Shown here: in pieces, positions 1-22,352 of the stretch
Layout of the letters: every line of letters begins with the position of its first letter
Position numbering within the stretch: the stretch's first letter is position 1
Assembly (NCBI RefSeq): GCF_009914755.1
Contig: NC_060934.1
DNA length: 64,000 nucleotides
Reading direction: 5' to 3' (one strand)
From: the human T2T-CHM13v2.0 reference genome, Homo sapiens
Made by a program: the position numbers and the translations under genes
The notes under the pieces: generated by a model
The model's input: only the letters and a program-made list of their open reading frames with translations
Databases searched by the model: none
What the model was told of the DNA's origin: nothing

Positions 1-117
<117 letters not shown>

Positions 118-1085
118 CTAAAAAAGATAAAAAGCATAGAAAAACAGTTCTACATTTTCTACAAATCTGTTGTAGGCAGAGTCTCAAAAACAAAAGTAGA
201 AAAGTTTCCAGACACGAAAAAATAAAAAATAAAAAAAAAGCAGCAAAACAATGTAGACATGAAGAAACAATCAGATAATTCCAAATTGGGGAATATTGTG
301 CAAAACAACTGGGCTGGACTCTTCAAAACCATCAATGTGAAGACAAGCAAAAGGCTAGACAAACGATCTATATATCAAAGGAGACCCTTTAGACCTGACT
401 GAACGCAATGGACGACCCTCAAATAAATCCTGGATGCCCCTGTCCCCCTATTCTACAAGCTATAAAGGACACTATGGGAAGAACTGGGGACATCTGAACA
501 CGGACTGTGTAACAGCTAATAGTACTATATGAACACAAAATGTTCTGAGGAAGGGTATTGTACTGTGGTTATATAGGAAAATGTTCTTATTCTCAAGAGC
601 CACAGGCTGAAGGATTTGGGGTGACGTACCATGGAGTCTGTAACTACTCTCAATTGGTTTGGAGTGGGGAGTTGGTTATAAGTACAGAGACAGAGGAAGA
701 GAGGTGCAAAGTGTTGGCAACGCAGCAAATCCAAACGAAGGGTGTATGGTGTTTTTTTTTTTTTTTTAGACAGTCTCGCTTTGTCACTCAGGCTGGAGTG
801 TGGTGGTACCATCTCAACTCACTAAAACCTCTGCCTTCTGGGTTCAAGCAAGTCTCATGTGTCATCCTCCCAAGTAGCTGAAATTATAGGCACACACCAC
901 CACACCCAGCTAAATTTTCTATTTTTAGTTACAGGATTTCACCATGTTGGCTGGGCTGGTCTCGAACTCCTGACCTCAAGAGATCTGCCCACCTTGGCCT
1001 CCTAAACTGTTGGAATTACAGGCGAGAGCCACTGGGCCCAGACCCTTGTACCAGTCTTACAACTTTACTGTTTAAGAAGTTTTCA

Positions 1086-1457
<372 letters not shown>

Positions 1458-1499
1458 TTAGCCAGGTGGGTGGTACACAACTGCAGTCCCAGCTATTCA

Positions 1500-1598
<99 letters not shown>

Positions 1599-2045
1599 CT
1601 ATAAAATAAATTCATTAATTCAAATTAAAAAGTTTTCAAAATAAATTTGGAGGGAAAAAAACTAACAAATACAAGTGTTTTCAAAAGGTTGAAAAAAAAT
1701 GGGACAACTTTTCCAAAGTCATTATTTTGAAATCCAGAACCTTCCAAACCATTAACGTTCCATCCCACTCAAATTTCTTTGGGGTGCCTTTGGTGCTGTT
1801 TCTTAGGAAGGTGCAGATTAGAGTTAAGAGTGGACTCTATGAGCTGTGGACCTACCTGTTAATATTCTAAAGGAGTGCGTGACCTAAAAAAATCTTTTAA
1901 GCGGCTAGAAATAGCATCTCAAGGAAAGTAGCCCTGACAGCAAAGGAATTACTAACTAAGCTACTTTGTGGGATGTGAGAAAATTCACAGCAAAAAGAAA
2001 TTTGCCAATTCAAGGATTTATGGGGCAAGGGGCCCAATACTATGA

Positions 2046-2456
<411 letters not shown>

Positions 2457-3304
2457 TGACATCTTGGCTCACTGCAACCTCCGCCTCCTAGGTTCAAGTG
2501 ATTCTCATGCCTCAGCCTCCCTAGTAGCTAGGGCTACAGGCACACACCACCATGCCCAGCTAATTTTTTTATTTTTACTAGAGACGGGGTTTTGCCACAC
2601 TGAGCAGACTGGTTTCGAACTGCTGACCTCAAGTGATCCACACGCCTCGGCCTCTTAAAGCACTAGCATTACAGGCATGAGCCACCACACCCGGCCGGTT
2701 TACGTTTTATGTATACATTTTTATCCATCCAAGAATCCACTGGACGTGTCTGTATATGTGAATATATATGTGTATTTATATGTGCATACATGCACACAAA
2801 GTGAAGAAATAAATCCCTGAATGCAACATAGAATATGCAGCTTACCAATCAGCAAAAATAATTTACACTGCAGCTCTCACCGTGGCCTACAGGAAAACAT
2901 TCCATGCTGTGGATCAGAATTCTCTCTTGTTTGAAATTATGCTTTATCGTAAGGGCTAGGCAACTAGGCTTTTGGCTAATGGAACCATTATTACTACAAT
3001 AATAGTGATCTAAATGAATAAATGCAATGTTTACTTTAAAAATTACACAGGATTTAATGCTAAGGTATTTTAAAATTTAGAGAAAAATAATGATCACTCA
3101 AACCACTACATTTAAAGATCACTAATTAGCCTTAATAATTTTAATTGAAACAATATTTTTTAAAGCAAATTCAAAATGAAAGTCTTGTACTCAGCGTTTG
3201 ACAAGAGAAGGAGGTTCTGTGTTGGCATTAGAAAACGAATGAGGCTGGGTGTGGTGGCTCATGCCTGTAATCCCAGCACTTTGGGAGGCCAAGGTGTGTG
3301 GTCA

Positions 3305-3517
<213 letters not shown>

Positions 3518-3801
3518 TCAAACAAAAAAACAAAACAACAAAAAACAAAAGAAGACAAATGACATGTGACTTGCAAAGACACTGGAAACATCCATTAGAA
3601 ATAGGACCATCAAGACATGAAACTATTTTAAAGTGTGAAAAAAAGTTATGTCTAGATATTTATCTCAAGTAGAAGAAAAAGTTTATAAACACGCTCATGT
3701 CATGAGTCTCAAAAAGCACAGGATGGGCGCAGTGGCTCATGCCTGTAATCCCAACACTTTGGAAGGCCAAGGAGAGCAGATCACTTGAGATCAGGAGTTC
3801 A

Positions 3802-4243
<442 letters not shown>

Positions 4244-4319
4244 TTACTGATTTCATTACAAATAAATTTGAATTATCAAACGTGTATGAATAGATTTCAT
4301 CAGAAAACTATAAAGATCT

Positions 4320-4610
4320 GGTTGGGGGTGGTGGCTCACGCCTGTAGTACCAGCACTTTGGGAGGCCGAGGGAGGCGGATCACGAGGTCAGGAGATTGAG
4401 ACCATCCTGGCTAACATGGCTAACCTCGTCTGTAGTAAAAATAACAAAAAATTAGCCGTGCATGGTGGCGGGCGCCTGTAGTCCCAGCTACTCAGGAGGC
4501 TGAGGCAGGAGAACACGTGAACCCAGGGGGCGGAGCTTGCAGTGAGCCTAGATCGCACCACTGCACTCCAGCCTGGGCGACAGAGTGAGACTCCATCTCA
4601 AAAAAAAAAA
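4320..4610 (+). mobile_element. AluY-like element in DCLRE1C intron 9
   Basis: GATCACGAGGTCAGGAGATTGAGACCATCCTGGCTAAC and GAGCTTGCAGTGAGC diagnostic positions; 5' TSD AGAAAACTATAAAGATCT, eroded 3' copy ending ACAGATCT. Confidence 0.9.
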
Positions 4611-4781
4611 GTACAGATCTGTGTCTATTTACTAGTGACGAAAAGTGTGGTCATGGAATATGGCAATGTACAGTTCCATGACCTTGAGCTAACAACTTAG
4701 GATTGCAGCCTCAGGTTTTACATTTGTAAAGCGAAGAGCCTATAAATGGAAGCCCTGACCTTTCTTCTTTTTCATAGATTA

Positions 4782-4919
<138 letters not shown>

Positions 4920-5302
4920 CTAAGGCAAATAATACATACATGCAAATTATGTGAAATGTATTTCCTATAAATTGTTCAAGGTTAATTACTCAGGGCAAAA
5001 CACCCAGTTAGTGAATTAACCCTCTCTTCTTTCTTGAAAAGTAGTTTTTGGCTATTCAGTGCACTCTGGTATTCCGCCAGCATGTCAACAGGCACAAGGC
5101 TGACTGGCCAGGATCGCTGCCATCACTGACGTCAGCGAACAATTATGGACACTCGGCTCAGGGATGTCATTTAATGATGTTAATGTTGTCCTTCAGTCCT
5201 TCAAGAGAAATTCAGTTAATATTCCTCGTACACCTACTATGTGTCGAGCTTTATTCTAAATGCTGGGAATAAAGCAGTAATCCACACAGACAAAAACAAT
5301 CA

Positions 5303-5616
<314 letters not shown>

Positions 5617-6090
5617 TCAAGAATCACCTTAAAGGCATATACATGATGTACAACAGAGGAGCATGTACTGCAAATAATCCACTGCCATATCTCCTTGTTC
5701 AAATTTATTTTCAATGCTGGTCACAATCACTAAATTTATTTCATGACCCAAAGTTTGGGAAAAATACTTTGTCTATGCGGCATTTCACTGAAGGCTCTTG
5801 TAAGCCATTTTGGCTTCTGTCAATTTTCTCCCAGGAGGATGTGACTGAACTAAGATGATATATTCCTTCAGAGGGCCCGCGAACCTCTGCTGCAGACACG
5901 TCTTGTTAGGGTGCTTCCATCTGTCCCTGTTTGCAGTTATTTAGCAGGCGAGGAGGGGGAGGAAAGGTGAGCTGGGAGGATGGAAGGGAGCAAGAGAAAA
6001 GAATGAACAGACTGGGAACACTGGCTCAGGCCTATAATCCCAGCACTTTAGGAGGCCGAGGCAGGCAGATAGCTTGAGGTCAGGAGTTCA

Positions 6091-6484
<394 letters not shown>

Positions 6485-6597
6485 CTAGACAGGATTTTAA
6501 AGAGACATTTAACAGGTGGAGAGCCGCACATAGCCTTTTCCTTCCCAACAGTCCCAGGTACTCACACCTACGGGGACAGTTAGGATATGACCTGTCA

Positions 6598-6855
<258 letters not shown>

Positions 6856-7269
6856 TCACTACCACCTCCTCCACCTCCCGGGTTCAAGCAATTCTCCTAC
6901 CTCAGCCTCCCAACTATCTGGGATCATGGGTTTGTGCCACCACACCTTGCTAATTTTTGTATTTTTTAGTAGAGACGGGGTTTCACCATGTTGACCAGGC
7001 TGGTCTCGAACTCCTGGCCTCAAGTGATGCACCCACCTCAGCCTCCCAAAGTGCTGGGATTACAGGCCAGAACTCCCAAAGTGCTGGGATTACACCCGGC
7101 CAGAGCAATAAAACTTTATTCAGTCATACACAGAAGAACTGTACAAGAGGCCAGGCACAGTGGCTCATGCCTGTAATCCCAGCACTTTGGGAGGCCAAGG
7201 GGGGCAGATCACCTGAAGTCAGGAGTTCAAGACCAGCCTGCCCAACATGGCAAAACCCCATCTCCACTA

Positions 7270-7563
<294 letters not shown>

Positions 7564-7891
7564 TCATATAAACTCCCAATAAAGCAAATACATGTGAGCT
7601 GCATACTAAATGCTTCCTGCAAACATATCCATTACAATACAATGGTAATGGAATTCCACAGTAATTTGAACCACACCAGGCACTCAGCTGTCACCTCTTC
7701 CCTCGGGTAGAAAATAACAGAATGGAGATGCTACCCAGTTTGTAATAGATGTTCCTTGTGATATGTTAGCACTTTCAATTATATGTTGAGATCATTCTTG
7801 CTCATGGAGAGAGAAATACACGTGATGATAAAATACAAGGTCACTGGGGAAACAGCTGCTGAAGACTTCCATTTATTTATTTTTATTTTGA

Positions 7892-8158
<267 letters not shown>

Positions 8159-8501
8159 TGAAGACTTCCATTTTATAAGAAACGTTTCAAATCTGATCTT
8201 CACCTCAGTCCCCCTAGTTCAATTTGGGAACAAATGTGTTTTAAATGACTAGAAAAAAAATCAAATCTCCCTCTATGTATTCTTTCTTTCTTTTTTTTTT
8301 TTTTTTTAAAAAAAAAACTCACTGCAGCCTCCAACTCCCAAGCTCAAGCAATCCTCCCGCGTCAGCCTCCCAAAGCACTGGGATTACAGACATGTGCCAC
8401 TGCACCCAGCCCCCTATTAATTTTAGACCCTAAAAATTTATTTCTACAAATACAATATGTGTCTACATATAATAAAATGACAAAATAAATGACCCCCTTA
8501 C

Positions 8502-8557
8502 ATAACTGATCCCGGACAGTGACCAGCTGGTAAGAGAGTCACAACAATCTCTTCCTT
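8502..8557 (-). CDS. DCLRE1C: DCLRE1C exon 5 (56 nt)
   Basis: KEEIVVTLLPAGHCPGSV(M), containing the AGHCPG motif; ttttag acceptor, gtaagg donor. Confidence 0.97.
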
Positions 8558-8789
8558 CTAAAAAGAAAATAAAGAAAAAATAGTAATGGAAAGCAGTTAT
8601 CATTAGGACCTAGCTCAACAAAGCCCTCCTTCACAGAACACATTTATGTACCTTTTAACAATGTGCCTTTTCTCCCAATTTCCTCACACTCCAAATCCTA
8701 GAAACAAGTGGAATCCTTGTCCACTCAACAAACAGAATTCCCATGGGACTGAGCAATTTCACCACTAGTTATAGAACCAAGATAAGCGA

Positions 8790-9466
<677 letters not shown>

Positions 9467-10896
9467 TGAACTCTTGACCTCAAGTGATACATCTGCCTCG
9501 GCCTCCCAAAGTGCTGGGATTACAGGTGAGAGCCACCAAGCCCGGCCACTATTTAACAATTTTTAAAGCCTGAGCCAGGTGCGGTGGCTCATGCCTGTAA
9601 TTCTAGCACTTTGGGAGGCCAAGGTGAACGAATCCCTTGAGGTCAGGAGTTTCAGACCAGTCTGGCCAACATGGCGAAACCCTGTCTCTACTAAAAATAC
9701 AAAAATTAGCTGCGCATGGTGGTGGGCAGCACCTGTAATCCCAGCTACTCAGGAGGCTGAGGCAAGAGAATCGCTTGAAACCAGGAGGTAGAGGTTGCAG
9801 TGAGCCAAGATCGCCCTACTGCACTCCAGCCTGGGCGACAGAGTAAGGCTCAGTCTCAAAAAAAAAAAAAAAAAAAAAAAAGATTAAAGCCTGGATGAGG
9901 CCTGGTCCCGATTCACACTGCACATCATACTGTTCGGCAAGGGCAAGACCTGCAGGCACTACTGCCTCTCCAGCCATCAGTAAGTGGGGAGAGCTCTGCA
10001 CACACCAGGTCACTGCTCAGTGACAGGGACTCCTCATGGAAGTCTCCATTCATTCTGGAGGACCCTTTCGAGTGGGTCTCCCCCTGGTTGGAGCTGGATA
10101 AACAATGCATAAAAGTCATGGCACACAGGAAGAAACATAAAAAATCAAAGTGGTGGCAGGACTGCTCAAAAGTCAGCCTGCTGTCGGCCCCCAGTTCAGG
10201 GAATGCCTTTCACCAATATCCCTGATTGTGACAAGGCCACAGACCACCACAGTATTCCCCGGAAAAGCAGTTGGCAGAGTCCAGGATGGCATTTACAAAG
10301 GTTCACCTATTTTTTTTTTCCTTTTTAATCCTCACTAAACTGGCTCTGTAGTCCTCCCTCAGGATAATTTGATGGGAAGAATACTTCAACTTCAACTGTC
10401 TGATCTTCACCAAAGAAGAAATATCTGAAAAGGTCAGTTTCTGTTCAACAACACAACACACCCTCAAAGTTAAACACGGCAAAGCAGTGTGCTATAATCA
10501 AGCAACAAAGCCAATATTAACCAAAATAGGAAAATACCTACCAGCTGTAAAGGTTAAAAAAAGGGGGGCTGTATGTCTATAGTCCTACTTATTAAAACCA
10601 TACATTCACAAAAGTACTACCTCAAAATTTAATGATGAAAAATAATTTTTTTCCACTTGGCAGAGCCCCTTTTCTGAATAAGGGTTCAGAAAAAAAGTAC
10701 AATATTCATGAATTACCTGCAAAAATATTAATCACCATTTTAAATTCTGAGCATTATAAAACTCAGTAAATGTGACAATAACATCATGTAGTAATATCAA
10801 CACCAGGGTTCCCATCATTAGCATGTAATAAGGAACAAATGTGACAAAAAATAAGCCATGCCCAATCCTTTACAACATGGGAAATAAATACATCAC

Positions 10897-11611
<715 letters not shown>

Positions 11612-11772
11612 CTAGATTTTTATTTATGGTTAAATGAGCATTCAAAATCAAAGAGAAAGATTGAGGGTATAGCTGAGGGGTGGAGCATCTGACTGCAAAA
11701 TCAAAGAGAAATATAAACAATCATTTTAGCACCACATTTTTTTAAAAAAATCAATATTTAATATTTAGTTAC

Positions 11773-11832
11773 CTCTCCTGATGCTTCATCCACTAAAGAT
11801 ATCTGGGTAGGAGTCTCGATTTCAATAGATAT
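11773..11832 (-). CDS. DCLRE1C: DCLRE1C exon 4 (60 nt)
   Basis: ISIEIETPTQISLVDEASGE; tttatag acceptor, gtaact donor. Confidence 0.97.
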
Positions 11833-12149
11833 CTATAAAAATAAAATAAGAGACCATGTATATAGCAGTTTTTCATGGCTTTATATGCCTTTGCTGTCTG
11901 AAACACAGAAATGGGGCAAAGAGAAGTTTCAGACTCTCTATATAAACAATTCCGATTACATTGTAATAAATATTTTAACAGTTAGAAAAAATTGTAAAGA
12001 AAATAATACCTGTCTTGAGGCAGATTTGGTAATACGGAGTAAACGCCTTGTAAATGCATATAATCCTCTGACACAATTCTGTTTCCATGAATTCATTTTT
12101 CCTCCTTCATCTCCCCATCCCTACCACTCCCATTCCCCTCTCTCTCTGA

Positions 12150-12448
<299 letters not shown>

Positions 12449-12682
12449 TGACATGTTGGCCAGGCTGGTCTCCAACTCCTAACCTCAGGATCAACTGCCT
12501 CAGCTTTCCAAAGTGCTGGGATTACAGGCGTGAGCCACCACACCCAGCCTCATGCACTGGTTCTAAGTGCTGCCGAACGCTCCCTGGTACATTTCCCCCT
12601 GCCATCAAAACAGAGACTAGCACATAAGAGGCATTCAGTAAGTATCTGATGAATAGATCAATGTGATTTTTCACCTTTTTAG

Positions 12683-13018
<336 letters not shown>

Positions 13019-13904
13019 TAGCAGAGATGGGGTTTCACCATATTGGCCAGACTGGTCTCGAACTCCTGACCTCAGGTGATCCCTCCACCTCAGACTCCCA
13101 AAGTGCTGCGATTACAGGTGTGAGCCACTGAGCTAGTCCTCTTTTCTAATATATCTATTTAATGCTATCAATTTCCCTTCAAGGACAAATTTAGCTATGT
13201 TCCACACATTCTGACATGCCACATTTCCATTGTCCATCAGCTCCTTTATTTATTTATTTATTTTGAGACAGGCTCTCGCTGTGTTAGCCAGCCTGGAGTG
13301 CAGTGGCACAGTCACGGCTCACTATAACCTCAAACTTCGGGGCTCAAGTGATTTTTCTGCCTCAGCCTTCTGAGTGGCTGGGACTACAGGCACACTCTAC
13401 TATACCAGGCTAGTTTTTAAGGTTTTTTTGTAGACATGGGGTTTTGCAGTATTGCCCAGGCCGGTTTCGAACTCCTGGACTCACACAATTGTCCCACCTT
13501 GGCCTCCCGAAGTGCTAGGACTACACATGAGAGCCCCCAAGCCTAGCCATATCAGTTCTACATATTGTATGTTTTCTTTATCGTACAATTTCCTTTTTAA
13601 CCAAAGGGTCAGTTATTGTATGCATTTAGTTTCCACGTGTATGGGAAGATTTTAGCTGTCCCTTTGTTTCTGATCTCCAACATCATTGCCTTCTTTTGTG
13701 ACACAGTACATGGTTAGTTTTTGTAAGTGTCATGAGCACCCCCCAAAATACTATTTTCTTCCTTGGGTTTAAAGTTCTGTTCATTAGTCCACATTCACAC
13801 ATTTTCTGCATCCTGTTTCCTGCCTCCTTCTTTCAGCATCTGGGAGGGGCATGTTAAGCTCTTCAGTGACAATTGTTGATTTCCTATTTCTTGCCCTGAT
13901 TCTG

Positions 13905-15237
13905 CCGTGGCCTTGTTTGTACTATGTCAACTCACCTAAGCTGGAACTGTTTCCTAGAACCCCTTTCCATGTTGTTGCCCACAGTAAACATTAAGAAGGC
14001 AGATGTGAACTAGTAGGGATTTTTTAATGCTCTGAAGGGCGCCAGAAATGGTAACAGCTAGTGAACATTGCTGACCTTCTGGCTTAACTCAGAGTCTGGG
14101 GCAGGGCCGCAGCAACATCAGCTTCTGCTGGGTGCCCGTGTGCAGCTCCTCCGAGTCCTGGGGCAGGTGCATGTGCTTCAGAGCCAAAGCGGGAGACCAG
14201 CACTATTGAGGCCAGAGGAAGTGAGAGACAGAAGTGGGTTTCGGTCTGTCCTAGTGGGCCATTCTGCCTTCCAGTTTGTCTCTGTTCCCCTCCACTTCTC
14301 TTCCAGCTTTCCTTCCTGACTGCTGGCCGGGCTGACCTGTAGTAACTTCAAGCTGAATGCCAGAGACAACAGGAACAACCCTGCTGTTGTGACTGCTCTG
14401 CAGAGGGAGGACAAATCCCCTTCTCAATCAAAGGTCAGATGTGGAGGTGGATGATATCATGCACACAAACACACGTGCACACACTATGTGTGCATACTCA
14501 CACACGCATGCACATACACACACGCGAGCACACACACGACAGAGAATGAGAAGAAAACTTCAGTCACATCACAGGACTTTCGGGGAGGGCAGTGCAGTCC
14601 CTGAGCTGGGGACAGAAGTGTTTCCTGTGGCTTAAGAGAGAGTAGGAGCAAGTAGCCCTGGTTTCCACTTTGGTGCGGGTTGGGCCTGGACATGCCTGGT
14701 TTGAACTTCGCCTTAGTGCTAAGGCAGGCATGGGCCTTTTTGTCAGCTTGCCCAAATGTGGGTAGGAGGGAGGCACTGGCTGCAAGCAGCTTAAGAGCAA
14801 ACAGAAGCCCGGCATAGTGGCTCACACCTGTAATCCCAGCCCTTGGGTGGCCGAGGCGGGAGGATCACCTGAGGGCAGGAGTACAAGACCAGCCTCGCCA
14901 ACATGGCAAAACCCCATCTCTACTAAAAAATACAAAAATTAGCCAGGTGTGGTGGTTCAGGCCTGTAATCCCAGCCACTAGGGAGGCGGAGGCAGGGAGA
15001 ATTGCTTGAACCGGTTAGATGGAGGTTGCGGTGAGCTGAGATCACGCCTCTGCGCTCCAGCCTGTGACAGAGTGAGACTATCTCAAAAAAAGGAAAAAAA
15101 AAAGTAAACAGACTCTTTGTGACACTGGGACAAATTGCTCTGCCAACTCCCACAATGATTTAAGAACTAATCCATGTAATGAACCCACATTCTGTTAAGT
15201 CATTGTGGTTCTCCTCAGATCAAGCACTGGGTGACAG
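13905..15237 (+). mobile_element. Old ERVL-class LTR remnants (subfamily uncertain) split by a CA-rich tract and an Alu
   Basis: tgtactatgtcaactcacctaagctggaactgtttcctagaacccc 5' part and ggttctcctcagatcaagcactgggtgaca 3' end resemble ERVL LTRs. Confidence 0.45.
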
Positions 15238-15533
15238 GTTCTCGCAGTTTCTACTTCAGCTGGACGCTATTTTGTCAATTGCACATACGTCCATATGACC
15301 CATGGCTCCTTTTAACAGTGACACCCTCTTCAAACCTTGTCTTTCTTTGCCTTCTAGTCTACTTTCTGATATTAAAAACTGCCACTCTGACATTTTGGCC
15401 TTCTGATTGGTTAGTAATTTTTTCTTCTTCCCCCAAAATTTCAAATTTCAACCTGTATTTATCCTTCTGTTTTATCTATGTCTCTTATAGACTAATACTC
15501 ATGAATTTGTCTAACTTTTTTGTTTGTTTTTGA

Positions 15534-15689
<156 letters not shown>

Positions 15690-16144
15690 TAGTAGACACG
15701 GGGTTTCGCCCTGTTGGCCAGGCTGTTCTCTATCTGACCTCAGGTGAGCTGCCCGCCTCGGCCTCCCAAAGTGCTGGGATTACAAGCGTGAGCCACTGGG
15801 CCCAGCCAGATTTGTCTGATTTTTTTAACTTAAACTGAGAATTTGTCTTTTGACCAAAGGTACAATTAAATCCTTTCCTATATATAGTCATATATAATTG
15901 GACTTTTTCTGCCTTCTTTGCATTTTCTATTCACCAGACTTTTTCCTCCCCTTGACTACCTCATATTGGACAGATGCATTTTATTCTGCCAGACCGAAAG
16001 TTACCCATTCTATCTGTATTCTTCTAGCTGTCATCCCTTCCTTATGACAGCCTGTAATTTGTTTATTTTTCTTACTCTATCCCACAATTTAAATAAAAGG
16101 ATTTAGCAATTATGTTAATGAACACTTTACACTCTAAAATATTA

Positions 16145-16955
<811 letters not shown>

Positions 16956-17042
16956 TAATGTGGATAACTGAAGTATGTTACAAACTGAGGCAAAGTTTTT
17001 GTCAATCTACCTCTAAAAATACTTCCCACTTAAAAAAAATTA

Positions 17043-17222
<180 letters not shown>

Positions 17223-17321
17223 TCATCATACATCTAATAATTTCATTTGAGACCAGTCTGACCAACATGGTGAAACCCCATCCCTAATAAAAACACAAAT
17301 ACTAGCCTGGCATGGTTATGA

Positions 17322-17801
<480 letters not shown>

Positions 17802-18135
17802 TAGAGATGGAGTTTGACCACGTTGGCCAGGCTGGTCTCGAACTCCTGACCTCGGGTGATCCACCCACCTCGGCCTCCCAAAGTGATGGGATTACAGGCG
17901 AGAGCCACTGCGCCCGGCCTATTCTTTTTTTTTTTTTTTAATGAACAGAAATTAATTTCATAATAAACTTTTTTTTTCTTTTTTTTTGAGATGGAGTCTT
18001 GATCTGTCACTCAGGCTGGAGTGCGGTGGCGCGATCTCGGCTCAAAGCAACCTTCCGCCTCCCGGGTTCAAGCGATTCTCCTGTCTTAGCCTCTTGAGTA
18101 GCTGGGACTACATGCGCACCACCACGCCCAGCTAA

Positions 18136-18282
<147 letters not shown>

Positions 18283-18319
18283 TAAAACTTAACGCTATCA
18301 TTTTGAGGTTAGGAATATA

Positions 18320-19460
<1,141 letters not shown>

Positions 19461-19464
19461 ATAG

Positions 19465-19615
19465 GCTCTGCAATCAGACAGACCTGGCTGGAATCCTGGT
19501 CCTGCCACTTACTGGCTGTGTGACACTGGGCAACTAATTTAACCTCTCTGGTTCCTCAGTTTCCTCATCTGTAAAATAGAAATAATAGTAGGATCTATTC
19601 AAAAGGTTATCAAGA
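19465..19615 (+). mobile_element. MIR SINE
   Basis: MIR core cctgccacttactggctgtgtgacactgggcaactaatttaacctctctggttcctcagtttcctcatctgtaaaatag. Confidence 0.85.
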
Positions 19616-20394
19616 AGCTCTAATGACAATGTCAGGTACAAGTGTGCAGAGCCTTGCATCTGTGTGGCTCACTAATGCATTCTCCACCTCCAGTACAATG
19701 CCCGACATGTCACAGGTGACCAAAAAAAATTACTGAGGCCAGGAGTGGTGGCTCATGCCTGTAATCCCAACACTTTGGGAGGCTGAGGCAGGCAGATCAC
19801 TTGAGGTCAGGAGTTCGAGACCAGCCTGGCGAACATGGTAAAACCCCTCTCTACCGAAAATACAAAAAGTAGCTGGGCGTGGTGGTGGGTGCCTGTAATC
19901 CCAGCTACTCCGGTGGCTGAGGCAAAAGAATCACTCGAAAAGAAGTTGCAGTGAGCTGAGATCGTGCCACTGCACTCCAGCCTGGGCGACAGAGCAACAC
20001 CCTGTCACAAAAGTCAATAAGTAAATACAAATAAAGTAATAAAAAATTATTGGCCAGGTGCAAAGGCTCATGCCTATAAGCCCAGGGCTTTGGGAGGCCA
20101 AGATGGGAGATCACTTGAAGCCAGGAGTTTACAACCAGCCTGGGCAACATGGTAAGTCCCCGTCTCTACAAAAAAAAAAAAAATTGTTGAACAAAAAATA
20201 CACAGTGCCAAGATACAGTAAGTATTCAATAAACGTTAGCTATCATTATCAAGAAGACAGAGTATTGCTATCAATTAGCAGAGAAGCCTGACATCCACTG
20301 GCCCTTTTCAAATATGTATCTTGAGAAGAGGGAATTTAGATGTAGGCAATGGCTGCAAGAGAAGCATCTAACAGTTCAGCTTTAAGAAAAAATC

Positions 20395-20960
20395 CAGTAT
20401 TATATGATCCTTTACAATGGAACAGCCATTCTCTCTCATATACTCTTACAGAAATAACATGGAGTGAGTTACTGCTGTACCTAGCAGCATAGATAAATCA
20501 CACAAATACAAAGTTAAGTAAAGTAAAACAAATATAAAAGGGTATATTTGGGGCCAGGTGCCAGTGGCTCACATCTATAATGCCAGCCCTTTGGAAGAAT
20601 GAGGCAGGAGGATCACCTGAGGCCAGGAGTTCGAGATCAGCCTGGGCGACATAGCAAAACTCCATCTCTGTTTTTTTTGTTGCTGTCGTTGTTGTTGTTG
20701 TTGTTTTTAGAGAGTGTATTTGGTAGGATTATATATATATATATATATATCAAGTTCACAAACAGCCAAAGCTAACCCATGATGACAAAAGTCAGAATAG
20801 AGGTTACCTTTGGGAGGAGGGAATGAGTTGGGAGGTAAGAGGGGTCTGGGATATTGGTACTGTCCTATTTCTTAATCTGGGTGATGCGTTCATTTTGTAA
20901 ATGACTATATGCTTGGATGTATATACTTTTCTGTACAGTTGTTATCTCTCAATTAAAATG
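20395..20960 (+). mobile_element. Old L1M 3' fragment with inserted Alu monomer
   Basis: tactgctgtacctagcagcatagataaatcacacaaat...caaagctaacccatgatgacaaaagtcagaatagaggttacctttggg...tatctctcaattaaaa. Confidence 0.65.
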
Positions 20961-20994
20961 TTTGCTTAAAAACACAAGTAGCAAAATAAATTAC

Positions 20995-21046
20995 CTGCAC
21001 TCCAACCTTCTTTTCAAGGTAGGGGCTCTTAATCCTTTCATGTGAT
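20995..21046 (-). CDS. DCLRE1C: DCLRE1C exon 2 (52 nt)
   Basis: (D)HMKGLRAPTLKRRLEC(S); tttttag acceptor, gtaatt donor; completes HxHxDH motif with exon 1. Confidence 0.97.
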
Positions 21047-22004
21047 CTAAAAACAAAAGAACAAAAACTCATGAATATGTTTTTCCAGAGGATTCCTTAG
21101 CCCAAGGGAAACAGTCGTCTTCTTTTTCAGCTTCAAGAGAAAACCCATGAGGTTTGCTTTTATAAGAATTGATTCACATGGGCTATGAGCTCTTTCTTCT
21201 GCAAGTGAAGAATCCTCCTCAGAACAGGACCGGCTGCCCATTTCTGAGCCATCCAAGTCAATTTAAAAGGAGAGTGATTCTGTGCATCATAGGCCAGAGT
21301 TTAAATCACTCTGGGCAGCCACAGAAGAATGAGAACTGCTTCTAGCCCTCCACTCTTACTTCATTTCAATCCAACCATCCTTCGAGCCAAGCTCTATGGG
21401 ACCCATTCACTTCCTGCCACTTAAATCAGTCTATCTAGAAATTCAAGTTCGTGGTCATGGAGTCTGCTGGGAAATCACTCAGGTTCAGAGTAAGTGTTTC
21501 GTCATCTTCTCAGCCTACTGTGATGGATTGAAAGGGGAATATTACTATCCACAAAGACTTGCTCCACAGCGCTCCACATTAACAGACACAGACAACAGAA
21601 AGGTAGCAATTAGACCGACTATTACATTAAGTATATCATGCATTCCAATATATTCTGAATCTTTAGCAAGTAAAGGCCCAGACAACAATGATCAAACAGC
21701 TCTAAATTGTTTAACTAAACCAGTTGGACATGGTGGCTCTTGCCTGTAATCCCAACACTTTGGGAGGCCGACGTAGGCGGATCACCTGAGGTCAGAAGTT
21801 CAAGACCAACCTTGCCAACATGGTAAAACCCCATCTCTACTAAAAATACAAAAATTAGCCATGAATAGTAGCACACCCCTATAATCCCAGCTACTCGGGT
21901 GGCTGAGGCAGGACAATCACTTGAACATGGGAGGTAGAGGTTGCAGTGAGCCAAGGCCATAACACTGCACTTCGGCCTGGGCGACAGAGTGAGACTTCAT
22001 CTCA

Positions 22005-22352
<348 letters not shown>

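Noticed and set aside
4670-4740. Explaining the 4621-4740 / 45774-45893 match as two independent MIR copies
   Set aside because: Ungapped 91% identity extends into non-MIR flank and includes the Alu TSD; the MIR at 19465-19615 is far more divergent from both.
21396-21749. 117-aa plus-strand ORF in DCLRE1C intron 1
   Set aside because: No recognisable homology, ends in an Alu head, no supporting promoter or splice structure.
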